This document shows, piece by piece, positions 39,591 to 49,409 of a stretch of 64,000 bases of DNA. A model generated the notes under the pieces. That model did not search any database. It was not told the DNA's origin and saw only the letters and a list, made by a program, of their open reading frames with translations. The stretch is from assembly GCA_964291415.2 (NCBI GenBank), contig OZ219917.1:608001-672000 (forward strand), read 5' to 3'. Position 1 is the first letter of the stretch. Each line of letters begins with the position of its first letter. The stretch comes from Alphaproteobacteria bacterium (GTDB lineage: Bacteria; Pseudomonadota; Alphaproteobacteria; SP197). Position numbers and translations under genes: made by a program.

Positions 39591-41042
39591 TCAGGAAGGA
39601 TGAATGGCGGCGCGCAACGTCGTGGCGACGTTTGCGATCAGGGGGCCGAAGGCGCGGCGTTCCTCCAGGTTCGGGAACACGTTGCGCACGGTCTCTTCGA
39701 GTCCGGCCAGCGGTTCGGGGACCCGCCGCCCGGTGACGTCCAGGGCCCTCACGGCAATGGGCACAAGACTGGCGAGCGCGAGATCGAGGCATTCGCTGGC
39801 GCGCTGCAGCTTGGTCCAGGCGAGGAACACCGGGCTCGCCACGTCATTCTGTCCGAACCCCCCCGATTCGCTGCCCGGAAGCAGGGTGGCCTGGGCGTGA
39901 TACCGCGCCTCTTCCTCGTAGCCTGTCTGGGCCATGGGCAGGCATCCCATGTATCCACGGCGGATGCCGCCTTCGCGCTCGGGATCGATCAGCTGGTCGG
40001 GCAGCAGGGAGACATGGCCGTCGAGCAGTTTGGCGCCGTGGCGTTCGGCCAGGACACAGAGATTGGCTGAGGCCGCCGTCAAGGCGTCCATGGCAAGAAC
40101 CGCGTGGGGATTGTGGTATCCGCCGGTCGACACGAACTGTCCGAAGGGATGGTCCTCGTCCCGTTCGTCGATCCACACCGGGTTGTCTGTAACGGCCTGG
40201 AGGGATTCGCTGGCCACGTCGCGCACCAGGTCGACGGCGCGCCGGGCCTGGCCGAGCATGCGTGGCGCGATGCGGTAGCTCACCGGCGCCTGGTAGGGCC
40301 GTCGGCTGCCGCCATGGCCGCCGTCGATGAGTGTGCGCATGGTCCTGAGAGCCCAGGCGTCGCAGGTATTGTTCCAGTAGTCCTCGAGAGCCCCGGCGAG
40401 GTGGCCGAGGGGCGCATTGAACGCCTCGAACGAAAGCGCGAAGACCCGGGCAGCGAGATCGAGACGGGCTTCACCCGTCAGGGCGGCATCGGCGACAAGC
40501 CCGGTCGCCGACGGCGAACCGTTGACCAGGCACATGACATCCTTGACATCGGCCCCGACCGATTCGACGAGGGGAGCAAAGAGGTGGCTGAGCGAGAGTA
40601 TTTCGCCGGCACCACCCTGGCCGCGTGCCGGGATCACGGGCACGCTTTCCTGCGCGAGCATTGCCGCGACTCCCTGGGCAATCTCCGGCGAGACGGCTGC
40701 GTGGCCCTCGATGAAGTTGGTCAGGCGCGCGAGGATGATGAGGCGCACCACCCGATCGGGCAGAGGCTCGCCCCACGAGGCCGCGGCGCCGGTCGGCGAC
40801 ATGCGGGCATTGCTTGCGCGATCCTCCGGCCTGATCTTCTGTTTCGCCATCTGGCCGGCACCGGTCGTGACCCCGTAGATGGTGACTTCGGGGTCATGCT
40901 CGAGGATACGCATCAGTCTCTCGCGGCCGGCCTCCATGGCGGCCAGGGCTTCGGCGCCGATCTCGACGTCTTCGCGGTCCCAGACAACGCGGCGGGCGTT
41001 CTCCAGAGTGAGGTCGCTGCGCCTGGTGATGATGATGGTCAT
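39591..41042 (-). CDS. Aromatic amino acid lyase (HAL/PAL fold) lacking the MIO-forming ASG motif
   Basis: IYGVTTG.G loop, LVNG, VTDNP and STGGYH match the fold; GQGGAGE stands where GSVGASGD is expected. Confidence 0.85.
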   Translation of the reverse strand: MTIIITRRSDLTLENARRVVWDREDVEIGAEALAAMEAGRERLMRILEHDPEVTIYGVTTGAGQMAKQKIRPEDRASNARMSPTGAAASWGEPLPDRVVRLIILARLTNFIEGHAAVSPEIAQGVAAMLAQESVPVIPARGQGGAGEILSLSHLFAPLVESVGADVKDVMCLVNGSPSATGLVADAALTGEARLDLAARVFALSFEAFNAPLGHLAGALEDYWNNTCDAWALRTMRTLIDGGHGGSRRPYQAPVSYRIAPRMLGQARRAVDLVRDVASESLQAVTDNPVWIDERDEDHPFGQFVSTGGYHNPHAVLAMDALTAASANLCVLAERHGAKLLDGHVSLLPDQLIDPEREGGIRRGYMGCLPMAQTGYEEEARYHAQATLLPGSESGGFGQNDVASPVFLAWTKLQRASECLDLALASLVPIAVRALDVTGRRVPEPLAGLEETVRNVFPNLEERRAFGPLIANVATTLRAAIHPS

Positions 41043-41053
41043 GGCTTGCGGAC

Positions 41054-42538
41054 CTATCGCATGACGAAGGGGTTATCCATCGGCTCGTCCGACGTGTTGA
41101 TCCACACGGTCTTGGGCCGGGTGTAGTCGTAGATCGCCTGGGCGCCGGATTCACGCCCGTAGCCGGAATCCTTGAAACCGCCGAATTCGGCGATGGGCGA
41201 CACCACTCGGTAGGTATTGACCCACACGATTCCGGCGCGAATCCGTTTCTGGACCCGCAGGGCACGGGCAAGATCCCGTGTGAAGACCCCGGCTGCGAGC
41301 CCGTAGCGGGTGTCGTTGGCCAGGGCGACGACCTCGTCTTCTTCGCTGAAGCGCAGCACCGAGAGCACCGGTCCGAACATCTCGGTATCGACAATCTCCA
41401 TTGACTGGTCCGGACAGGACACGATTGTCGGTTCGAAGTACCACCCGGTATCGGGATGATCCGGACGCTTGCCGCCGGTGAGCAGGGTGCCTCCCTCCTC
41501 CACGGCGCGGGCCACCTGGCGTTCGCACCCCTCGAGTTGGGCCATGGTGCAGAGCGGCCCCATCTGGGTCTCTTCGGCCAGGGGGTCGCCGATGCGGATG
41601 TCGCCGGCGCGCGCCACCAGGCGTTCGATGAAGGCATCGTGGACCGACTCGTGGAGGTAGATCCGGCTGCCGGCGACACAGCTCTGTCCGCTGGCGCCGA
41701 AGATGCCGGCAAGGGAACCATTCACCGCACTCTCGATGTCGGCATCGCCGAACACGATGATGGGAGACTTGCCTCCCAGTTCGAGGGAGACTTCGGCGAA
41801 ATTGTCTGCGGAGTTCCTGACGACATGCCGGGCCGTCGCCGGTCCGCCCGTGAAACTGATGCGCGCCACCAGGGGGTGGGTGGTCAAGGTGCGTCCGCAC
41901 GGTTCGCCATGGCCGGTGACGACGTTGACCACACCCGGCGGGAACCCGGCTTCCATGGCGAGTTCGGCAAACTCAAGCATGGCGGCCGAGGCGTGTTCGC
42001 TGGCCTTCAGGACCACGGTGTTGCCGGCCGCAAGCGCCGGCCCGATCTTCACCGCGACGAGGAAGAGCTGGCTGTTCCACGGCACGACGGCGGCCACCAC
42101 GCCCAGGGGTTCGCGCGTGGTGATGGTGAGCATGTCGTGCCGGTCGATGGGCAGGGTCTCGCCGGTCACCTTGTCGGCGAGGCCTGCATAGAAGTGAAAG
42201 AACTCGGCGATGTAGCGCGCCTGCCAGCGCGTCTCCTTGAACATCTTCCCGGTGTCGATGCACTCGGTGCGGCCCAGGTCCTCCGAGCGCTCGGCGAGCA
42301 GACCGGCGAGATTGCGCAGCAGGCGCCCCCGCTGGGTCGGCAGCATGGTCGCCCAGGGACCGCTGGTGAAGGCGCGATGCGCCGCCTGGACGGCCCGGTC
42401 GACATCCTCCCCGGTGGCGGCGGCGACCGTGGCCCAGGCCTTGCCGGTCGCCGGGTTGATGCTGTCGAAGGTGCCGCCGTCTCCGGAATCGACCCATGCG
42501 CCGTCGATCAGCATGCGGTAGTGCTTGAGTTCGTCCAT
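41054..42538 (-). CDS. Aldehyde dehydrogenase
   Basis: PWNSQL, KASE, FTGG, LELGGKSP, GQSCVAG, EMFGPV, FGGFKDSGYGRE. Confidence 0.95.
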   Translation of the reverse strand: MDELKHYRMLIDGAWVDSGDGGTFDSINPATGKAWATVAAATGEDVDRAVQAAHRAFTSGPWATMLPTQRGRLLRNLAGLLAERSEDLGRTECIDTGKMFKETRWQARYIAEFFHFYAGLADKVTGETLPIDRHDMLTITTREPLGVVAAVVPWNSQLFLVAVKIGPALAAGNTVVLKASEHASAAMLEFAELAMEAGFPPGVVNVVTGHGEPCGRTLTTHPLVARISFTGGPATARHVVRNSADNFAEVSLELGGKSPIIVFGDADIESAVNGSLAGIFGASGQSCVAGSRIYLHESVHDAFIERLVARAGDIRIGDPLAEETQMGPLCTMAQLEGCERQVARAVEEGGTLLTGGKRPDHPDTGWYFEPTIVSCPDQSMEIVDTEMFGPVLSVLRFSEEDEVVALANDTRYGLAAGVFTRDLARALRVQKRIRAGIVWVNTYRVVSPIAEFGGFKDSGYGRESGAQAIYDYTRPKTVWINTSDEPMDNPFVMR

Positions 42539-42639
42539 GATACCCGGCCCCGTTCCTGACAGCGGCCATTCAACACAGGCTTGCACACTGAACGCAACTC
42601 CCCACAGTGTCATCCGCCACACCAGGGGAGAACCGGACA

Positions 42640-43053
42640 ATGACGACGAAGAAACAGGTGATCGGCGGACCGCTGTCGATTGGCGGGCGGGTCCTGTCGC
42701 TTTCCCGCGCCATCCGGGCCGGGGATTTCGTGTTCCTGACCGGCCAGATCCCGCTTGAGGACGGAAAGCCGATGACCCATGGCAGCGTCGAGCAGCAGAC
42801 CCGGGTCGTCATCGAGGCGATTCGCGAGACCCTGGCGGAGGCGGGCTGCGATCTCGGCGACGTGGTGAAGGCCATGGTGTGGCTGAGGGACCGCGCCGAT
42901 TTCCCCGGCTTCAACGCGGTCTATGCGGAGTACTTTCCGATGGAGCCGCCTGCCCGCTCGGCGGTCATCTCCGAGTTGCTGGTCGATGTCCGCGTCGAGA
43001 TCGAGGTCGTCGCATTCAAACCGCTCGACGCGACATCCCGAGTCGCGCCATGA
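42640..43053 (+). CDS. RidA/YjgF family protein
   Basis: VFLTGQ, FPGFNAVYAEYF...PPARS, VEIEVVA. Confidence 0.9.
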   Translation: MTTKKQVIGGPLSIGGRVLSLSRAIRAGDFVFLTGQIPLEDGKPMTHGSVEQQTRVVIEAIRETLAEAGCDLGDVVKAMVWLRDRADFPGFNAVYAEYFPMEPPARSAVISELLVDVRVEIEVVAFKPLDATSRVAP

Positions 43054-43099
43054 GGCGATCCTCGCCTATGATGGTGACAGCCGAATGTGGTTCGAGGCC

Positions 43100-43843
43100 A
43101 TGAAGATCTACCCCACCATCGAAATCATGGGAGGCAAGGCGGTCAATCGTGTGGATGGCCGTCACGAGACTCCCGAGCCCTTCGACCTCTCTCCGGAGGA
43201 TGCCGCCCGCCGGTTCGCCGACGCCGGTGCGGACTGCCTCCATGTGGTGGATGTCGACGGGACACTCCAGGGCGGCCGCCACAACGCCAAGCAGATCTGC
43301 CGCATCATCGACGGCGTGGCCATTCCGGTCCAGGTTGCGGGCGGCATCCGCTCGATCGGGTCCGTGCACTGGTGGTTCGAGCACGGCGCCTGGCGTGTGG
43401 GTCTGGGGACGGCAGCAGTCAAGGACCGGCACCTCGTCACCGACGCCTGCACGGCGTACCCGGACCGAATCATTGCCACGGTGGCAGCGCGCAACGGCAT
43501 GGTGGTCATCGAGGGATGGCGCGAGGAAACCGCCTTCCCGGCGATAGAGATGGCGAAGAGCCTGGTGGCGGCCGGTATCTCGGAAATCGTCTTTGTCGAC
43601 CTTGACCGCGACAAGGAACCCAGGGACTACAGTTTCGCCCGGACCATGCGCATGGGTGAGGCTCTCGACGTGCCGGTGATCTCGAGCGGCACGGTCACCG
43701 GCATCGACGATGTCTCGATGCTGAAGTACCTGCCGAACATTGGCGGCTGCATCATCGGCAGGGCACTGTTCCTTGGCCGCATCGATCTTGCCGAGGCCAT
43801 CGGCACCGCCCGCGCCTCCTACACGCCTGCACGGCTGATCTGA
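43100..43843 (+). CDS. HisA/HisF-related TIM-barrel protein, atypical active site
   Basis: LHVVDVDG, VQVAGGIRS, GLGTAAV, EGW, IIGRAL; IYPTIE and IIATVAAR replace the two catalytic Asp motifs. Confidence 0.8.
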   Translation: MKIYPTIEIMGGKAVNRVDGRHETPEPFDLSPEDAARRFADAGADCLHVVDVDGTLQGGRHNAKQICRIIDGVAIPVQVAGGIRSIGSVHWWFEHGAWRVGLGTAAVKDRHLVTDACTAYPDRIIATVAARNGMVVIEGWREETAFPAIEMAKSLVAAGISEIVFVDLDRDKEPRDYSFARTMRMGEALDVPVISSGTVTGIDDVSMLKYLPNIGGCIIGRALFLGRIDLAEAIGTARASYTPARLI

Positions 43844-44643
43844 TGGGTGGGGTTGGTGTCGAGCGGCGCGGCCAGCTGCTGGAGATCACGATCGACCGGC
43901 CGAAGGTCAACGCCATCGACCGGGCTACAAGCCGTCTCATGGGAGAGGCCTTCGTCGCCTTTCGCGATGATCAGGACCTCAGGGTGGCGATTCTCACGGC
44001 CTCGGGAGACCGCCTGTTTTCGGCCGGCTGGGACCTCAAGGCTCTCGAGAGCGGCGATCAGCAGCTCGACAACTGGTGGGAAACGGAAGACGCCTCGCTG
44101 GGCGGCTTCGCCGGCATCACGGAGATGTGGAATCTCGACAAGCCGGTGATCGCCGCCCTCAACGGCCACGCCATCGGCGGCGGATTCGAGATTGCGCTCG
44201 CCTGTGATCTCGTCGTCGCTGCCGATCACGTGGAGTTTGCCCTGCCCGAGCTGCCCCTCGGCATTGTGCCGGATGCCGGAGCCCTGCAGCGCCTGCCGCG
44301 ACGCCTGCCAACCAATGTCGCCTTGGAAATGCTGCTGCTCGGCCGCCGCATGAAGGCCGCCGAGGCGCGGCGGCTGGGACTGGTGAACGCCGTCGTTCCG
44401 GCGGCCCAGCTCATGGCGAAGGCCCGCCACTGGGGTGAACGCCTTGCCACCGGCGCGCCACTGGCACTGGGCGCGGTCAAGGAGGTGCTGCGGGCCATCG
44501 AGGGAGAGACCATCGAGGGTGCCTTCAGAACCATGCGCTCGGCCGACCTCCCCCTCTACCGGCGAATGCTGGCCTCCGATGACGCGCGGGAAGGCATCAG
44601 CGCCTTCGTTGAACGGCGTCAGCCGGTCTTCCTGGGCAGATGA
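43843..44643 (+). CDS. caiD: Carnitinyl-CoA dehydratase / enoyl-CoA hydratase
   Basis: LEITIDRPKVNAID..TS..MGE.F..FRDD..LRVAI, FSAGWDLKA, GGFAGITE, closely CaiD-like. Confidence 0.8.
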   Translation: MGGVGVERRGQLLEITIDRPKVNAIDRATSRLMGEAFVAFRDDQDLRVAILTASGDRLFSAGWDLKALESGDQQLDNWWETEDASLGGFAGITEMWNLDKPVIAALNGHAIGGGFEIALACDLVVAADHVEFALPELPLGIVPDAGALQRLPRRLPTNVALEMLLLGRRMKAAEARRLGLVNAVVPAAQLMAKARHWGERLATGAPLALGAVKEVLRAIEGETIEGAFRTMRSADLPLYRRMLASDDAREGISAFVERRQPVFLGR

Positions 44644-45593
44644 CGATGGGCCGGCCTCAGCCACAGGACGTCTCGGCCGTGACCTGCCTTGGCGCCGGAC
44701 CGATCGGCGCCGGGTGGGCGGCGTTCTTCCTGGCCGCGGGCCATGACGTGACCTCCTGGATTCTCGAGGCGGACGAGGAGGAGAAACTCCGCTCCCTGGT
44801 GGCGACGGCCTGGGGCGCCCTGGAGCAGCTCGGTACTGTGGACGGCGCATCGCCCGGGCGGCTGCATGTCACCACGGACCTCCAGGCGGCCGTCGCCGGG
44901 GCCGACTTCGTGCAGGAGAGCGTGCCGGAAATCCTCGAGGTGAAGCAGGCGGTCTACGCGGATCTGGGCCGCCTGGCGCCACCGGATGTTGTCCTGTGTT
45001 CCTCGACCTCGGGTCTTTCCATGAGCGATATCCAGGCGCGCTGTCCGTCGCCGGAGCGCACGGTCACCGGCCATCCCTTCAATCCGCCCTACCTCATGCC
45101 GCTGGTCGAGATCGTCGCCGGTCGCCGGACGGACGCGGACGTGGTGGCCTGGACGGCGGCGTTCTTTCGCCACGTCGGCAAGGCCCCCCTTGTCATGGAA
45201 CGCGAGGTTCCCGGATTCATTGCCACGCGGTTGCAGGAGGCGATCTGGCGCGAGGCCCTGCACATGATTGCAGCCGGGGAGGCGACGGTCGAGCAGATCG
45301 ACACGGCGGTAACCAACGGCCCCGGACCGCGCTGGGCTCTCATGGGACCCTGCATGGTGTTCCATGTCGGCGGCGGCGAGGGCGGCATGGCCTATTGCCT
45401 GGAGCAGTTCGGACCGGCGCTGAAGTTTCCGTGGAGCCGCCTCGATGCGCCTGAACTCACAGACGACCTCGCGCGGCGCCTCATCGACGGCTGTGACGCG
45501 GCCGCCCCGGGAGAAGACTTCCGGACGCTGTCGGCGAAGATGAACGAGGGACTTGTCGGAGTTCTCAAAGCCCGTCGCGCGGCCGGTTTCTGA
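44640..45593 (+). CDS. lcdH: L-carnitine dehydrogenase (3-hydroxyacyl-CoA dehydrogenase family)
   Basis: GAGPIGAGWAA, QESVPE, SSTSG, GHPFNP.YL.PLVE, WREALHM, QFGPALK.PW..L.APEL. Confidence 0.8.
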   Translation: MTMGRPQPQDVSAVTCLGAGPIGAGWAAFFLAAGHDVTSWILEADEEEKLRSLVATAWGALEQLGTVDGASPGRLHVTTDLQAAVAGADFVQESVPEILEVKQAVYADLGRLAPPDVVLCSSTSGLSMSDIQARCPSPERTVTGHPFNPPYLMPLVEIVAGRRTDADVVAWTAAFFRHVGKAPLVMEREVPGFIATRLQEAIWREALHMIAAGEATVEQIDTAVTNGPGPRWALMGPCMVFHVGGGEGGMAYCLEQFGPALKFPWSRLDAPELTDDLARRLIDGCDAAAPGEDFRTLSAKMNEGLVGVLKARRAAGF

Positions 45594-45628
45594 CCATTCA
45601 GCCACTTGATTGACCTGGAGGACCATCC

Positions 45629-46513
45629 ATGAATACGGACGTCATCATCACTTGTGCCGTCACCGGCGCCGGGGATACGGCTTCACGGAGCGACAAGGTT
45701 CCGGTGACCCCGCGACAGATTGCCGATGCGGCGATCGAGGCGGCCCACGCGGGCGCTGCGGTCACTCATATCCACGTGCGTAATCCCGAGACCGGCAAGG
45801 GCTCGCGGGATCCCGATCTGTTCGAAGAGACCGTCAATCTGATCAGGCAGGATGGTGTCGACGTGATTCTCAACCTGACAGCGGGCATGGGCGGCGACTT
45901 CAATCTTGATGACGACAATCCGTCGCGCCCCGGCCCCGGCAGTGACATCGTCGGTCCCCTCGAACGGCTGCGGCATGTCGATCGCCTGCGCCCGGAGATC
46001 TGCTCTCTCGACTGCGGCACCATCAACTTCGGCGACGGCAACGAGACCTACGTCAACCCGGCCTCCTGGTGCCGCACCATGGCATCGCGCATCCGCGAGA
46101 TGGGGGTCAAGCCGGAAATCGAGGTGTTCGATCTCGGCCAGGTCCGTCTCGCATGCGCCATGTACGACGAGGGACTCATCGAGGATCCGCCCCTCTTCCA
46201 GGTCTGCCTCGGCATTCCCTGGGGTGCGGGGGCCGATACGCGCTCCATGATGACGATGGCGGACTGCCTGCCTCAGGGAGCCAACTGGGCGGGCTTTGGC
46301 ATCAGCCGCATGCAGATGCCCATGGTCGCCCAGGCCATGCTGCTCGGCGGCAATGTCCGGGTCGGTCTCGAGGACAACCTCTATCTGAAGCGCGGTGTGC
46401 TGGCGACCAACGGCCAGCTTGTCGAGAAGGCGGCCGGTATCATCGAGATGATGGGCGGACGGGTTGTCGGCGCGGCTGAAGCACGCCAGAAACTCGGTCT
46501 CGCCGCGGCATGA
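45629..46513 (+). CDS. cdhC: Beta-keto acid cleavage enzyme (3-dehydrocarnitine cleavage, BKACE/DUF849)
   Basis: [44 protein letters not shown]; adjacent to carnitine dehydrogenase. Confidence 0.85.
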   Translation: MNTDVIITCAVTGAGDTASRSDKVPVTPRQIADAAIEAAHAGAAVTHIHVRNPETGKGSRDPDLFEETVNLIRQDGVDVILNLTAGMGGDFNLDDDNPSRPGPGSDIVGPLERLRHVDRLRPEICSLDCGTINFGDGNETYVNPASWCRTMASRIREMGVKPEIEVFDLGQVRLACAMYDEGLIEDPPLFQVCLGIPWGAGADTRSMMTMADCLPQGANWAGFGISRMQMPMVAQAMLLGGNVRVGLEDNLYLKRGVLATNGQLVEKAAGIIEMMGGRVVGAAEARQKLGLAAA

Positions 46514-46519
46514 GGCCCG

Positions 46520-46548
46520 GGCGAGGGGCGCCGGGGGCGCCTCTCGCC
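46520..46548. terminator. GC-rich hairpin after cdhC
   Basis: GGCGAGGGGCGCC-GGG-GGCGCCTCTCGCC. Confidence 0.45.
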
Positions 46549-46613
46549 ACCGTAATGTCACCGGAATCAATCCTGGCGTAGTATCCGAATGTCAACGACA
46601 GGGGGAAGGCACC

Positions 46614-47681
46614 ATGAAGTTCAGTCTTTCGATCGATCTTGCCCGCGACAACCCGTCGGTCGACATGCGGGATGTCGCACGCCACGCCATGGACATGGTT
46701 CAGATGGCCGAGTCGGGGGGATTCGAGATTGTCTGGGCTGCCGAACACCATGCGATCGAGATGACGATCGCGCCCAACCCCTTCCAGCTGCTGGCGTGGT
46801 TCGGCGCCAACACCGACCAGATCCGCCTCGGCATCGCGGTGGTCCAGGCTCCCTACTGGCACCCGATCAAGGTCGCCGGAGAGGTCGGCCTGCTCGATCT
46901 CATGTCGGGCGGACGGGTGGAGTTCGGCATCGGCCGCGGCGCCTACCAGCGTGAATTCGACCGCATGATGGGAGGCATGGACCAGCACAAGGGGGTCGCC
47001 TACATGCAGGAGATGCTGCCGGTGCTCAAGGGCCTGTGGGCTGGAGACCACGAGCACCAGGGCGAGTTCTGGTCATTTCCCTCGGCAACCGCCTGTCCCA
47101 AGCCCCTGCAGAAGCCCCACCCTCCCCTGTGGGTCGCGGCACGTCATCCCTCGACCTACGACTGGGCCCTCTCCCAGGGGTGCAACATCATGTCCTGGGC
47201 GCTGACCCGTCCCTTCAGCGAGGTCGAGAAGTACCGGCAGCAGTTCGAGGATGCGCTGGCGAGGGGTCCGGGCATTCCGCGGCCGCGCTTCCTGACGATG
47301 CGCCATGCCGCCGTCTACCAGGACCGTGAGCGTGGCTGGCAGCCCTTTGTCGAGGCGGTGCAGAGGAGTGGCGTGCAGTTCGAGAACCTGTTCAAGCAGC
47401 TCGGAGAGGTGAAGAACGGCTTTGTCGAGGCGGTCGATCTTGCCTCGCTCGACAATGTCGCCGAATACGATCCCGAAATGCTGCGCACCAATCTGGTCTT
47501 CGGTACGCCTGACGAGGTGATTGCCAAACTACGCCGCTACGAGGCCCTCGGTGTCGACAATTTCCTCTATCGCGTGACCGGTCCGACGTTCGAATTGCAG
47601 AAGTCCTCGTTGCGCCTTTTCATCGACGAGGTCATGCCGGCCTTCCCGAACTCGCGCGCCTTCATGAAGGCGGCGGAATAG
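46614..47681 (+). CDS. LLM class (luciferase-like) flavin-dependent oxidoreductase
   Basis: VWAAEHH, IRLG, HPIKVAGE..LLD.MSGGRVEFGIGRG, PKPLQKPHPPLWVA, GTPDEV. Confidence 0.92.
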   Translation: MKFSLSIDLARDNPSVDMRDVARHAMDMVQMAESGGFEIVWAAEHHAIEMTIAPNPFQLLAWFGANTDQIRLGIAVVQAPYWHPIKVAGEVGLLDLMSGGRVEFGIGRGAYQREFDRMMGGMDQHKGVAYMQEMLPVLKGLWAGDHEHQGEFWSFPSATACPKPLQKPHPPLWVAARHPSTYDWALSQGCNIMSWALTRPFSEVEKYRQQFEDALARGPGIPRPRFLTMRHAAVYQDRERGWQPFVEAVQRSGVQFENLFKQLGEVKNGFVEAVDLASLDNVAEYDPEMLRTNLVFGTPDEVIAKLRRYEALGVDNFLYRVTGPTFELQKSSLRLFIDEVMPAFPNSRAFMKAAE

Positions 47682-47760
47682 GGATCCGGCCTTGCGATTC
47701 GGCGACAGCCGTCCCACCTAACGGACCAGCATCAGACACGAGACCAGGAAGGCGGCGATC

Positions 47761-48675
47761 ATGGCGTTCATCATCCAGGGAGGAGAGTCGCAGGCTGCGC
47801 CGGAAGCGGGCGGTGGCGACGTCAAGGACGTGACCACAGCGACGTTCCAGCAGGATGTCCTGCTGGCGTCCCGCGAAAAACCGGTCATCGTCGATCTGTG
47901 GGCGCCCTGGTGCGGGCCGTGCAAGCAGATCGCTCCCATTCTCGAAAAAGTGGTCCGGGCGGCCGCCGGCAAGGTCACCCTGGTGAAGATCAACATTGAC
48001 GAGGAGCCGCAGATCGCCCAGGCCCTGAGGGTGCAGTCGATTCCGGCGGTGTTCGCCTTCGATCAGGGGCAGCCGGTGGACGGCTTCGTCGGGGTCCAGC
48101 CGGAGAGCCAGATCAAGGCCTTCGTCGAACGCCTGGTCGGCAACATCGGACCAAGCGCCGTGGAGCAGGCTCTCGCCCAGGCGGATGAAGCCCTGGAAGG
48201 GGGTTCCGCCGAGCAGGCTGCAGCCATCTACCGCCAGGTCCTGACGCGCGAGACCGACAACGTCGATGCGGCCGCGGGTCTGTGCCGCTCGCTCATTGTC
48301 CTGGGACGCACAGGTGAGGTGACGGACCTGCTCGACAGTCTTGACGACGCCGTTGCCGACGACGAACGCATCAAGGGTGTCAGGGCCCAGCTGGAACTCC
48401 TGGACGGCGCCACCGGTGACATGGCGGCACTCGAGGCGAGAGTCGCGGCCGATGGCAAGGACTTCGAGGCGCGGCTCGAACTGGCGCGGGCGCTTGCCGC
48501 CGTGGACCGGCGCGAGGACGCGGTCGATCAGCTGATCGCCATCATTGCTCTCAAGCGCGACTGGAACGACGAGGCGGCACGCAAGGAGCTCCTGAAGTTC
48601 TTCGAGGCCTGGGGACCGACCGATCAGGCGGCCGTCGACGGCCGCCGCAAGCTGTCGTCGGCCTGGTTCAGCTAG
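47761..48675 (+). CDS. ybbN: Thioredoxin-TPR co-chaperone YbbN/CnoX
   Basis: WAPWCGPCK thioredoxin domain plus TPR C-terminus WNDEAARKELLKFFEAWG...GRRKLSS. Confidence 0.92.
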   Translation: MAFIIQGGESQAAPEAGGGDVKDVTTATFQQDVLLASREKPVIVDLWAPWCGPCKQIAPILEKVVRAAAGKVTLVKINIDEEPQIAQALRVQSIPAVFAFDQGQPVDGFVGVQPESQIKAFVERLVGNIGPSAVEQALAQADEALEGGSAEQAAAIYRQVLTRETDNVDAAAGLCRSLIVLGRTGEVTDLLDSLDDAVADDERIKGVRAQLELLDGATGDMAALEARVAADGKDFEARLELARALAAVDRREDAVDQLIAIIALKRDWNDEAARKELLKFFEAWGPTDQAAVDGRRKLSSAWFS

Positions 48676-48693
48676 GGTTGCGGTCGTGGCGTG

Positions 48694-49362
48694 ATGGCGG
48701 GCCTGCCGTACTACCGCACCATCGACGGACTGCCGTCGACCATTCCCGTCTTTCCCCTCCCCGGGGCTCTCCTGCTGCCGCGTGGCACCCTGCCGCTCAA
48801 CATCTTCGAACCCCGCTATGTTTCCATGGTCGAGGATGCCCTGAAGTCCGACGGCCGCGTGATCGGCATGATCCAGCCCGACGAAGAGGCGGATGATGTC
48901 GGATCGGCCCATTGCTTTGCCATCGGATGCGCCGGACGCATCATCCAGTTCACCGAAACCGACGACGGCCGCTACCTGATCACGCTGATCGGACTGGCGC
49001 GCTACCGCGTGGCGCGGGAACTCGCCCTTGCCGCCGGCGCCTACCGTCTGGTCGAAGCCGACTACACGGACTTCGCCGACGACATGAAGCCCGTTTCCGC
49101 CACCGACATGATCGAACGCACCACCCTCATCGCCCACCTCAAGCAGTTTTTTCACAAGAAGCAGATCGAGGCGGACTGGGACGCCATCGGCAAGGCGAAC
49201 GACGAAACGCTGGTGACGGCGCTCTCCATGGTCTGCCCCTTCAGTCCCCTGGAGAAGCAGGCCCTGCTCGAAGCCGGGGACTTTCTCGAGCGCGCCAGCA
49301 TCCTCACCACCCTGCTCGAGATCGGCAGCCGCGAAGACGACGACAGCCCCGTGCAGCAGTGA
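48694..49362 (+). CDS. LON peptidase substrate-binding domain protein (Lon-N)
   Basis: IPVFPLPGALLLPRG.LPLNIFEPRY, IGMIQP, GCAGRI, DGRYLITL.G, EKQALLEA. Confidence 0.92.
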   Translation: MAGLPYYRTIDGLPSTIPVFPLPGALLLPRGTLPLNIFEPRYVSMVEDALKSDGRVIGMIQPDEEADDVGSAHCFAIGCAGRIIQFTETDDGRYLITLIGLARYRVARELALAAGAYRLVEADYTDFADDMKPVSATDMIERTTLIAHLKQFFHKKQIEADWDAIGKANDETLVTALSMVCPFSPLEKQALLEAGDFLERASILTTLLEIGSREDDDSPVQQ

Positions 49363-49365
49363 CGC
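49251..49365 (+). repeat. Lon-N 3'-end repeat, copy 1 (within the intact gene)
   Basis: Source sequence for copies at 51704, 55346 and 56065. Confidence 0.9.
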
Positions 49366-49409
49366 ACCAAGGGGAAACGAGGCCAGGCCCGCTCGGGAGA
49401 CCGGCATGA

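Noticed and set aside
39591-41042. Calling the lyase hutH
   Set aside because: No ASG motif and no hutU/hutI neighbours.
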